From Candidatus Aquidulcis sp. (GTDB lineage Bacteria; Chloroflexota; Anaerolineae; Anaerolineales; UBA4823), in the NCBI GenBank assembly GCA_020723385.1, contig DYIZ01000013.1:1733-65732 (forward strand): a stretch of 64,000 bases of DNA, written 5' to 3'. Positions within the stretch are counted from its first letter, which is position 1; every line of letters starts with the position of its first letter. Positions 29,611 through 38,003 of the stretch are shown here, piece after piece. The notes beneath the pieces were generated by a model, which made no database searches, was not told the origin of the DNA, and saw only the letters and a program-made list of their open reading frames with translations. The position numbers and the translations under genes were made by a program.

Positions 29611-29624
29611 TGGGAGCGCTCCCA
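29611..29624. promoter_or_regulatory. LacI operator overlapping the predicted transcription start
   Basis: Perfect TGGGAGCGCTCCCA. Confidence 0.85.
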
Positions 29625-29629
29625 CAGAT

Positions 29630-29658
29630 ATAATACATGAGATTTTCTGGCGTGTCAA
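29630..29658 (-). promoter_or_regulatory. Sigma70-type promoter for the LacI/beta-glucan cluster
   Basis: Minus strand TTGACA-N17-TATTAT directly upstream of the operator. Confidence 0.75.
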
Positions 29659-29990
29659 GTATGAATTCCCAACTTTTAGGCCATCTTCGACCAGAGATTT
29701 ATAAAACGCGTCGGATTCCAACGAATTCAGTAAAATACCTCACTAAAACGACAAGATCACAGGTCATCGAGTTGGAGTAAAAAATATCCGCTTGGAAAGT
29801 CAGAAAACAAAGAAGGTACAAGTGCCGCGAACATCTTTTCCTACCTTCCTTGCTTCCTTAGAGAAAAAGCGACGCGGCTCAACTGAAGTGAAACACACCC
29901 AAAACGACGATTGTGCCTTAGAACGATTTTCCGCCAGGCCACAAGCGGCTTACAACAAGGTGAAATCTTTCACCTGAAAGGCATGACACC

Positions 29991-31121
29991 ATGATCCCAA
30001 TTGACCAATTCCAATCTAAAACCCCTCATCTGCTGGCGCTGCTCACAAAGCTGGTCGAGGTCGAATCCCCCTCCACCGATAAAAGCGCAGTTGACCGCCT
30101 GGGAACGATGATCGCCCAGGAGATGGGCAGGTTGGGCGCAGTGGTAACTGTTGAAACTCACGCCGATGCCGGAAATAATATCGTCGGACGTTGGGCCAAC
30201 AATTCCGAGGAGAATGGCATCCTGATCTTGTGTCACATGGATACCGTATTCAATCTCGGTACCCTGGCGCAGCGCCCGGTGCGCATCGAAAATGGGCGGT
30301 TTTACGGCCCCGGCGCGCTGGATATGAAAGCTGGCATCGCCATTGCTTTGACAGCGCTCACCGTTTTGAAAGATTCCAACGATTGGCCCCCACGCCCAAT
30401 CACATTCCTTTGTACTTCCGATGAAGAAATAGGCAGCCAGCATTCGCGGGCATTGATCGAGAGCCTGGCGACTGAATCCACGTTGGTGCTCTGCCTAGAA
30501 CCAGCGCTCCCCGATGGCGCAGTGAAGACCGCCCGTAAAGGCACCGGGGATATCGAGATCACCGCCTACGGGGTCGCGGCCCATGCGGGAGGCGATCACG
30601 CCCGAGGGGTCAATGCCATCGAGGAATTATCCCACCACATCCTGGCTGTTCAACGCCTGACCGATTACGACCGGGGGACGACAGTCAGCATCGGGCATGT
30701 AAGAGGCGGCACCCGCAGCAACGTCATCCCCGACCGGGCCTGGGCGCTGGCAGACGTGCGCATCATGGATCCTGCCGAGGCCGATCGCTTGCGCACCTGG
30801 ACCGATCAACTCCAACCGGTGCTCAAAGGCGCCCGCGTCGCCGCATCTCTCAGCTTGAACCGCCCTCCGATGCCGCGCGACCCACAGATGGCAGAGACTT
30901 TCCAGCGAGTGCAGGCCATCGGACAAAAAATTGGTTTATCGCTGACCGAGGGCAGCACCGGCGGCGCCTCCGACGCTAACTTCGTCGCGCCGCTGGGCAT
31001 CCCGGTGCTGGATGGGCTGGGGCCAGCCGGTGAAGGCGCACACGCCGAGCAAGAATATGTCACCATTGCCAGCCTGCCCGAGCGCACCGCCCTGCTCGCT
31101 GCTATTTTGACCGAGTGGTGA
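29991..31121 (+). CDS. M20 metallopeptidase (carboxypeptidase G2-like)
   Basis: CHMDTVF, GPGALDMKAG, SDEEIGS, CLEP, GGASDAN and GAHAEQE. Confidence 0.92.
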   Translation: MIPIDQFQSKTPHLLALLTKLVEVESPSTDKSAVDRLGTMIAQEMGRLGAVVTVETHADAGNNIVGRWANNSEENGILILCHMDTVFNLGTLAQRPVRIENGRFYGPGALDMKAGIAIALTALTVLKDSNDWPPRPITFLCTSDEEIGSQHSRALIESLATESTLVLCLEPALPDGAVKTARKGTGDIEITAYGVAAHAGGDHARGVNAIEELSHHILAVQRLTDYDRGTTVSIGHVRGGTRSNVIPDRAWALADVRIMDPAEADRLRTWTDQLQPVLKGARVAASLSLNRPPMPRDPQMAETFQRVQAIGQKIGLSLTEGSTGGASDANFVAPLGIPVLDGLGPAGEGAHAEQEYVTIASLPERTALLAAILTEW

Positions 31122-31126
31122 ACCAA

Positions 31127-31157
31127 GACCTCACAGGTTTTGAAAACCTGTGAGGTC
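31127..31157. terminator. Palindromic hairpin between convergent genes
   Basis: GACCTCACAGGTTTT-G-AAAACCTGTGAGGTC. Confidence 0.65.
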
Positions 31158-31164
31158 ACCTCGA

Positions 31165-32271
31165 TTATTCCAGCGCAATGAAGATTTTATCCAGCCCCAT
31201 ATAGCCCCCATCGAAAACCAACATCAGCCCGCGGGCGTTGACCGGCGCTTCGATCTTGGCCTGCGTCACCATCTGGCCGCCCGGAAAGATAGTCGAATTG
31301 GGCATTGAAAAATAAGACCCATAGTAAAAACCATCGGCGTCTTTCAACCAGATTGCATAATCCGAATTGATTTCCACATCCTGTGTGCCTTGATTCTGGA
31401 ATACGAGGTCAATGGCGACATACTTGCATCCCAGAGATGACAGGCTGTCGGGAGGCGGGAAAGTGACGCCGGTGGCCTGGATAGTCAGGCTGCCAAGCTG
31501 GACCACATCGCCTACTTTATAAATCACCGGCTGGCGCTCGCCCTCGAGCGGGGCTGGCGCGGCGACCGCCGCCGGGTTGGGGCCAAGATCCCAGATGATG
31601 CGGCTGGCTGGATAGCCATAATAATCATCCGGGTTCAGGACGAGCAGCGATGGCTGCCCCTCGATGAAAAACTGCATTGAGACACGGGCACGCTCGCCCG
31701 CCGACAAATTCTCCGCGCCGGCGGCGTAGCTATCCTGCCCCTGAACGTCTTTTGACGTGAAGGAATTGGCAATATAAACCGGACTGCTGCTACGATTGAT
31801 CGTGAGCAGATCAACAACAAGCGTTTTAGGCATAAACGGATCCTGAACCACGTTCCAGCCCAGCACGATCCAGGTAATTTCGCCATAATCTACCCGCTCA
31901 CCGATGGCATGGGTGTCGGGCGACGGTGTGTAGGCAGGCAGCGGCAGTACGTCAGTCGGCGCGACCTCCATGCCGCCGCCTGTTGCGCCTCCGACCACAG
32001 TTGTCGCAATCGCGGCCTGCGTGGCGCTCACGTCGCCAATGACGCTCACCAATGTTGCCATCGCAGTCAAGCGAGCGCCTGGCTCTGCCCCTCCTCCGGG
32101 CGCGGCCGGCGTACCCATCGAGGCAACCGTGGCCTGCAGAGCCTGGACGGTGCCTATCGGGTCACGCTCTTGCACCGGTTCGGGGGTCGTGACACTCTTG
32201 GCTGCCGGCAGCCCACAAGCCAGTGAAGCAAGCACAAGCAAGCTAAGTGCAAAAATGAATTGTCTCTTCAT
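31165..32271 (-). CDS. Lipoprotein with two Ig-like (DUF4352-like) domains
   Basis: MKRQ...LASLAC lipobox, Ala/Thr linker, KVGDVVQLG...YVAIDLVFQNQG...LKDADG; AGGAG RBS. Confidence 0.7.
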   Translation of the reverse strand: MKRQFIFALSLLVLASLACGLPAAKSVTTPEPVQERDPIGTVQALQATVASMGTPAAPGGGAEPGARLTAMATLVSVIGDVSATQAAIATTVVGGATGGGMEVAPTDVLPLPAYTPSPDTHAIGERVDYGEITWIVLGWNVVQDPFMPKTLVVDLLTINRSSSPVYIANSFTSKDVQGQDSYAAGAENLSAGERARVSMQFFIEGQPSLLVLNPDDYYGYPASRIIWDLGPNPAAVAAPAPLEGERQPVIYKVGDVVQLGSLTIQATGVTFPPPDSLSSLGCKYVAIDLVFQNQGTQDVEINSDYAIWLKDADGFYYGSYFSMPNSTIFPGGQMVTQAKIEAPVNARGLMLVFDGGYMGLDKIFIALE

Positions 32272-32336
32272 TCCAATTTCTCCTGACAAGTCTTTGGGGT
32301 TTTGGGGTTTCTGGAATTTGCCGTGACACTTGCGGT

Positions 32337-32367
32337 GGACGACGCGGTTGCGCGCAACCGGCGTCCG
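32337..32367. repeat. 31-bp palindromic element, intergenic copy
   Basis: Identical to 7007-7037. Confidence 0.85.
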
Positions 32368-32646
32368 CCGCCCCAGATATGGGTGTGAACCGCTTGACAT
32401 TGATTTCTCTTTTTATTAAACCGTAACCCGCGACACCTGTCACCCTGCTTTGGGTTGGAATCGTCTGCCTACTTTAGTGCGTGACACTCATCCTTATCCC
32501 CTATCCCCTGACCTCTGTCCGATAGCGAGCCGGATACGCTGGCGTTATAATGCAAAGGCATCCCACAATCAGCCTTCATCCACACAACCCAGCGTTCAAC
32601 TTAATTCCCGGTCACAAAACCATTCGGCCAGACGGAGGGTTTCTCG

Positions 32647-35379
32647 ATGAAACGGACGATCGCCATCCTGTTGTCGTTCACACTTCTATTCAGCCAGCCG
32701 CGCATCATCTCCGGCCAACAAATTTCTGCCGCTGCAAAGCCAATATCGCCTGCCGCCAGCGATTGGTGGGACGCTGGCTGGCCCTATCGAATCCGCGTGA
32801 CAGCCAGCGGAAGCGGCATCGTTCAGGCATCCATCAATTTCACCAACGTCTTTGCCAGCCTCGGCCTGAACCACGCCCTGCTCGACCTGCGCTCGATTCG
32901 CGTCGTCGCATCCCCTCTCCCAGAATTGGGAGAGGGGGCAGGGGGTGAGGGCAGCCTGCCCTACGCCGAAACCTACTCCACCCTCCTCCCCGATGCCGAA
33001 ACCCTCGGACGTTGGGGCATCAACGATGACGGCTACGTGCGCCTCGACCCAACCCGTTTCACCCAGGGCGCGGCATCGCTTCACGCCGTCATCACCAACA
33101 CCGTCGGGGGGTACGGCTACCCCGGAGCTGAATACCACCCCGCCGCCCTGACCAACTGGAGCGCCTACGAAATCCTGCTGTACGACATCTGGCCCGAAGT
33201 CAACGCCTCGGCGCTCGACCAGGCTCCCGACCTGTACTGGTTCAAGCTGTACAACGCCTGCGGCGGCTCATCCGTCACGCAGGGCGGCCCGCCGCTGGCG
33301 CTCGACCGCTGGAATTACGTCTCTGTCTCGCTCAACCCGCTCGATTCCTGCTGGCCGCCTCAGCTCGACCTCGACACCATCACCCGCGTGGAATTCCACA
33401 CCCGAGACAATCTCGACGGCGACGCCAGCGGCCCCAACGGCTGGTATGACGATGGCGACGTGCTCTCCCTGTGGTTCGACAACCTGCGGCTGGTGGATCA
33501 GGATTCGGGGGCGATCCGCTGGCAGACCGTGGCAGGCGTAACCGAATATGACATTTATTTCGACGTGTTGACCCACGAGGGCCACCCGCTCCCGGAGGTT
33601 GATCCCGCGCTCGGCGCGGCGACCCTCACCGGCGGAATCGGGACTCCTGAGAGCGGGGGATACTATCATCAGGTCGAGGGCGCGTCGGGCCTGGGGAGCC
33701 TGAAAATCTGGTCAGCGCCCACGGTCGAGAAAATCCTGCAAACAATGGCCGCCCCCGCCGACAGCGCCCCCCTTGAAATTTCAGCCGCCCGCGGGGAATT
33801 CGAGCCATTCCAAATCGTCGTCCGGTCCCCCACGGCTCAGGATCTCGCTGTCTCTGCCAGCGCGTTCACCTCCGGGAGTAGCGTCATCCCCGCCCCCGCC
33901 ATCCACCGGGTTGATTACGTCAACATCACCACTATCGGCGATTCCTACGACCGTCTCGGCCTGTGGCCTGATCCGCTCTGGCCGCTCGACAACCCGGCGA
34001 CGGTCAGCTTTCCCGCAGGATCGAACCAGCCCCTGTGGTTCACCGTCCAGGTTCCCTGGAACGCCGCGCCTGGCAATTACTCAGGGGCCGTCGCTATCGG
34101 CGGCGCGACGATTCCCATCCATCTCACCGTTTGGGACTTCAGCCTGCCGCGCGCCATCCATCTCGATTCGGAGTGGGGTTTCAGTTGGAGCAGTGTGGTG
34201 GAAGATTATTACCAGGGCTACGGGGATTGGGATTGTTATTGGGAGCTGGTGGAGGCTTTCAAGCAGGATTTCATCAATCACCGGCTGATACCCAAAGGGG
34301 TGGCGTGGCCCGCCGGGCTGAACTACCCCGGCGGGATCGAATACGACTGCAACGGCAACCTCGACGCTGACGCCTGGGGCGATTGGGATTTCGCCACCAT
34401 CGGCGGGCGCTACATCCACGGCGAGGGAGGCTTCAACGACGGCTACGGCTTTCCTGTCTTTTTGGGATTGGCCACCCGCGACAATTACCCGCCAGACAGC
34501 CTGCCCTACTCGTTTTGCGGTATAGATCGGGATGGTGTGCTCGGCTCAACCGAATACCAGGCCAAGTGGACGCAGTATCTCTCCGCGTTGGACGATTGCC
34601 TCGTATCGGATGGCTACACGAATGCCTATTATCACATCGTCAACGAGCCGCAGAGTTGGGACGATTACACCATCGTCGGGCAAATCTCGGCGCTCACCGA
34701 GGCGGCCGCGCCCCACCTGCGGCAACTGATCAGCGAGCAAGTCGAACCGGAGATGTATAACTACCCCGGCGCGAAGATTGACATCTGGATGCCGACCATC
34801 AGCAACTACGAGCCAGTGAAGAGCCACGACCGTCAATCGAACCACGGCGAGCAGGTGTGGTGGTACTACCTGTACGGCGACGACCCCCCGCTGCCCAATC
34901 CAATCCTGATGAGCCATCCCGGCCTCGAAGCGCGTCTCACCCCCTGGCTGGCCTGGGCCGAGCGGGTAGATGGTCTGCTGCATTACCAGGCAACCGATTG
35001 GAATCCAAATCCCTGGGATAACGCCAACGTGACCGGGCAGGATAACGGCGACGGCTTTTTCTTCTACCCGCCGCGCAAGGATGGGGCCAACCTGGATTAC
35101 TGCGGGCAGAACGGCAACCGGTTGGTGCCCTCCATCCGGTGGGAGAATCTGCGAGACGGAATGGAAGATTACGAATACCTGTGGCTCCTGTCCGGCGACC
35201 CGCAGATTGGCGAGGCCAATCCCGCCGATGGCTACGTAGCGCAAATCGTCCAATCACGCACGTTGTTCAGCCACGTGCCAACCGATCTCGATGAAACCCG
35301 CGCCGCGCTGGCGCAGGCGCTCAGCATCCCCCGGTTGAAAATCTACCTGCCGGTCGCCCGGCGCGAATCGGGAAAATAG
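32647..35379 (+). CDS. Secreted GH123/DUF4091-like carbohydrate-active protein
   Basis: Signal peptide; AARGEFEPFQIV, VNEP, GDGFFFYP and PSIRWENLRDGMEDYEYL; C-terminal KIYLPVARR. Confidence 0.75.
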   Translation: MKRTIAILLSFTLLFSQPRIISGQQISAAAKPISPAASDWWDAGWPYRIRVTASGSGIVQASINFTNVFASLGLNHALLDLRSIRVVASPLPELGEGAGGEGSLPYAETYSTLLPDAETLGRWGINDDGYVRLDPTRFTQGAASLHAVITNTVGGYGYPGAEYHPAALTNWSAYEILLYDIWPEVNASALDQAPDLYWFKLYNACGGSSVTQGGPPLALDRWNYVSVSLNPLDSCWPPQLDLDTITRVEFHTRDNLDGDASGPNGWYDDGDVLSLWFDNLRLVDQDSGAIRWQTVAGVTEYDIYFDVLTHEGHPLPEVDPALGAATLTGGIGTPESGGYYHQVEGASGLGSLKIWSAPTVEKILQTMAAPADSAPLEISAARGEFEPFQIVVRSPTAQDLAVSASAFTSGSSVIPAPAIHRVDYVNITTIGDSYDRLGLWPDPLWPLDNPATVSFPAGSNQPLWFTVQVPWNAAPGNYSGAVAIGGATIPIHLTVWDFSLPRAIHLDSEWGFSWSSVVEDYYQGYGDWDCYWELVEAFKQDFINHRLIPKGVAWPAGLNYPGGIEYDCNGNLDADAWGDWDFATIGGRYIHGEGGFNDGYGFPVFLGLATRDNYPPDSLPYSFCGIDRDGVLGSTEYQAKWTQYLSALDDCLVSDGYTNAYYHIVNEPQSWDDYTIVGQISALTEAAAPHLRQLISEQVEPEMYNYPGAKIDIWMPTISNYEPVKSHDRQSNHGEQVWWYYLYGDDPPLPNPILMSHPGLEARLTPWLAWAERVDGLLHYQATDWNPNPWDNANVTGQDNGDGFFFYPPRKDGANLDYCGQNGNRLVPSIRWENLRDGMEDYEYLWLLSGDPQIGEANPADGYVAQIVQSRTLFSHVPTDLDETRAALAQALSIPRLKIYLPVARRESGK
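32911..32952 (+). repeat. In-frame TCCCCTCTCCC..GGGAGAGGGG..GGGGGTGAGGGC element
   Basis: Encodes SPLPELGEGAGGEG; related reverse-strand copy at 21291-21346. Confidence 0.75.
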
Positions 35380-35390
35380 TGAGGGATATC

Positions 35391-35441
35391 CGAAAATTTG
35401 ATGATTGGGCGTGCGAAACTCGCCCAATCATCAAATTTTCG
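35391..35441 (+). terminator. Hairpin after the DUF4091-like gene
   Basis: 21-bp perfect stem with a 9-nt loop. Confidence 0.65.
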
Positions 35442-35532
35442 ACTCTCCTCTTTCCCGCGCAGTTGAGCGAGTTGTGATACCATTATGAGGGGTATGTTTG
35501 TTTGCTTGTAAGAATCAAGGAGGTCGCGAAAA

Positions 35533-36633
35533 ATGAATGCTCAATCCGCCCCAATTTTGGGTTTCGTCACAGAATATTTCGGCCGGCAGCGTTCGGTCAA
35601 GCCCGCCCAGTTCGCAGATAACGAGCTGATCAAGCCGATCACGCCGTTGAAAACTTACTTCCTTTTCGGCGCTTATCTCAACCTTCCCCCAAATGTTGCT
35701 GCGGTTGTCACTTACACCGATGGGCAGCAAACCATGTTCCGCACGGGCGGCTTGCTTACTTTGCCGCCCGGCTCATATGGGTTGCAATATGTGGATATAC
35801 GCCAGCAGCGGACTTACCTGCCCGACGTGCGCGCCGACACGCTCGACGCCTGGCAGGTAACCCTGGCGCTCGACATCACCTGGCAGGTGCGCACACCCTT
35901 GCAGATCGTCACAACGAACCGGCCTTACCAGGCGCTCATCAACGAATGCCGCGCCGCGGCGATCAATTTTATTCAATCGAGGAACCACGATAAATTGATC
36001 CCGGCGCGGGAAGGCACGCCTCTTGAAGATACCGAAATCTCCGAAGCTATCCTGAACCAGTTGCGGGCCAGCCCAACCCTCAATGGTTTCCATATTTACG
36101 GCATCAAAGTCCTCGAACGGCGCGGCGACCCGCTTCGGCTGGATAAAATTCGCGAATCCAATGTTGAGCAAACCAAATACCAGCAAGCCCTGCTCGTGGA
36201 AAACGAAAAACTCAAGCTCGAGCTACAAAAGCTCCAGCAGCAAGTTTCTCTCACCCAGCAGCGCGGTGAGGTGGCTATGCAGGAGGCGCGCGCCAGCCAG
36301 CAGGTCAGCAAAGCCCAGGCCGAATCGCAAGCCGATGTGTCGGACATCTTGCTGCGCATGAGACGGCAGGCCATCGAGTTGGAAAACCTCAGCCGGGAGC
36401 AGAAATTCGAGCAGGAGAAATTCCTCAAAGGCCTCGATACGATCAGCCAGTTCGCAAGCATGTTCACCCAGCTTCAGATGACGCCCGGCCTGCAGCGCAG
36501 CATGGATGATAATTCGCTGGACGCGATGACCCGTCTGATGAAAGCCATGCTGCAAGCCCTTCCGGCAAACGAAAGCGGCGCGCCAACGACCAATGTGCTC
36601 CCGGCCGTCAACTTGCGCAGCCTGGATAAATAG
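35533..36633 (+). CDS. SPFH/band-7-like protein with a C-terminal coiled coil and no transmembrane anchor
   Basis: YVDIR...ADTLDAWQVTLALDITWQV pattern followed by Gln/Glu-rich helices; AAGGAGG RBS. Confidence 0.55.
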   Translation: MNAQSAPILGFVTEYFGRQRSVKPAQFADNELIKPITPLKTYFLFGAYLNLPPNVAAVVTYTDGQQTMFRTGGLLTLPPGSYGLQYVDIRQQRTYLPDVRADTLDAWQVTLALDITWQVRTPLQIVTTNRPYQALINECRAAAINFIQSRNHDKLIPAREGTPLEDTEISEAILNQLRASPTLNGFHIYGIKVLERRGDPLRLDKIRESNVEQTKYQQALLVENEKLKLELQKLQQQVSLTQQRGEVAMQEARASQQVSKAQAESQADVSDILLRMRRQAIELENLSREQKFEQEKFLKGLDTISQFASMFTQLQMTPGLQRSMDDNSLDAMTRLMKAMLQALPANESGAPTTNVLPAVNLRSLDK

Positions 36634-36660
36634 GCCTATTTCATTTGTCTGACAGGCGTG

Positions 36661-36716
36661 CTGAGCGCAGTCGAAGCATGCCGCTGATGATCGCTGCACC
36701 CTTCGACTGCGCTCAG
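36661..36716. repeat. CTGAGCGCAGTCGAAG / CTTCGACTGCGCTCAG inverted pair
   Basis: Perfect 16-bp inverted repeat; second pair at 44562-44628. Confidence 0.8.
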
Positions 36717-36759
36717 GGTGCTTTTCACAGAAATTGGGGACGACAAATAAGGAGGCGCA

Positions 36760-37956
36760 TTGGACATTGGTTGGCTGGAAATAACCCCGGGACGGCAAGA
36801 GAATTGGGAAACACTCGAACCAGCCTTCGGCCAGCCAGCAGGCGATGGCTGGCATGCCCAATTTGCTTCACTCATTCGTGTCAGGCCCATGGATCAACGC
36901 GCCAAACGCAAGTGGGGCTTCAACCTCGGCGCGCTGCTCGACGAGGCCATCGAACGCCAGCGGCTGTTCATCCAATCCCGCCATTTTTCCGGCGTCCCCG
37001 AAATGGGCGACGAGCCGCCCGAGCGGCGCACCATCGCCCTGCGCGCTATCCATCATCCCCAGGCCGAACGCCTGCAGCTTGTGCTGGTCGCCAAAGTCTG
37101 GGGGGCGACCCTCGAGGCAGTCCGCCAGGCCGCCACAGATCATTGGCACGAGATCCATTCGACCTTCCCCACCGATTATGAGCTGATTCCCGCCCGCTCG
37201 CTGGAATCTTTCTACAATCTGGCCGGCTGGCGCATCCTGCAAGACGCCGCCCAGCCCAACACCATCGCTGAAATCCAACGCTACGAAAACGTGCTCAATA
37301 CCGGCAGCGACAAAATGTACCTGCTCGGAGCGTGGAAATATACCAACACCTCCAACGAGCAAACCTGGCGCACCCTGCAAGGCGCAGACCGGCGCATTCT
37401 GTACAATGTCACCCTGCGCCCCACTGTGCTGGACGAGTTGGAACAAGCCGCCCTGCTGGTTATCGCCCAATATGCCGAGAAAATTGCCAGCCAGGCCACG
37501 CTGCCCAACGTCAAACCCTATGCGGAGTTCGCTGCTAAAAACTACGCTTACCTGCTCCAACAATTGCGTAAACCTTTCATTGTCCAGGCGCAGGTTGTTG
37601 CACCGGAAGGTTTGCCGGAATATCTGCCGCGCAACATCGGTTACGCCATGACTTACCGCAACGATCGCGAGCCGACCACACCGGGATTTCAGATCACTCG
37701 CCCGGCAAACGCTGCTGAAGTCGCCGCCTGGCGGGCCAATCTCATCTGGCTCGAACCCGAAGTTGCTACCGGGCCAGTAATTGACCCGCGTTTTGTCCGG
37801 GTGCGGAAGATGACCGATGCTTACGAGGCGCGCGGCCTGCTCTGCCTGCCCTTCCCGCCCGACAGCGAACTGCCGGACGTGCATTTCGCTGAAAAAATCG
37901 AAGAGCCGGAAGTTCGTAGTGACGGCATTAGCCGTCCGGAAACGGGCGGCGACTAA
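36760..37956 (+). CDS. Hypothetical protein
   Basis: 398-aa ORF, TTG start after AAGGAGG, co-oriented within the operon; no catalytic motif recognised. Confidence 0.75.
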   Translation: MDIGWLEITPGRQENWETLEPAFGQPAGDGWHAQFASLIRVRPMDQRAKRKWGFNLGALLDEAIERQRLFIQSRHFSGVPEMGDEPPERRTIALRAIHHPQAERLQLVLVAKVWGATLEAVRQAATDHWHEIHSTFPTDYELIPARSLESFYNLAGWRILQDAAQPNTIAEIQRYENVLNTGSDKMYLLGAWKYTNTSNEQTWRTLQGADRRILYNVTLRPTVLDELEQAALLVIAQYAEKIASQATLPNVKPYAEFAAKNYAYLLQQLRKPFIVQAQVVAPEGLPEYLPRNIGYAMTYRNDREPTTPGFQITRPANAAEVAAWRANLIWLEPEVATGPVIDPRFVRVRKMTDAYEARGLLCLPFPPDSELPDVHFAEKIEEPEVRSDGISRPETGGD

Positions 37957-37999
37957 AGTCGCTACTACGAACTTCACGACTGAAGCCGCAACTACAAAC
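37911..37999. repeat. REP-like cluster (GTTCGTAGT... / CGACTAAAGTCGCTACTACGAAC)
   Basis: Three related units: one inverted pair plus a degenerate third; contains the TAA of the upstream CDS. Confidence 0.65.
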
Positions 38000-38003
38000 C
38001 AGC

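Noticed and set aside
29530-29977. Small ORFs in the LacI/M20 intergenic region
   Set aside because: Short, without motifs, and one overlaps the promoter and operator elements.
32400-32560. Possible riboswitch or ncRNA in the divergent intergenic region
   Set aside because: No recognisable riboswitch consensus; only short heptamer repeats and a TATAAT. An Rfam scan would be needed.
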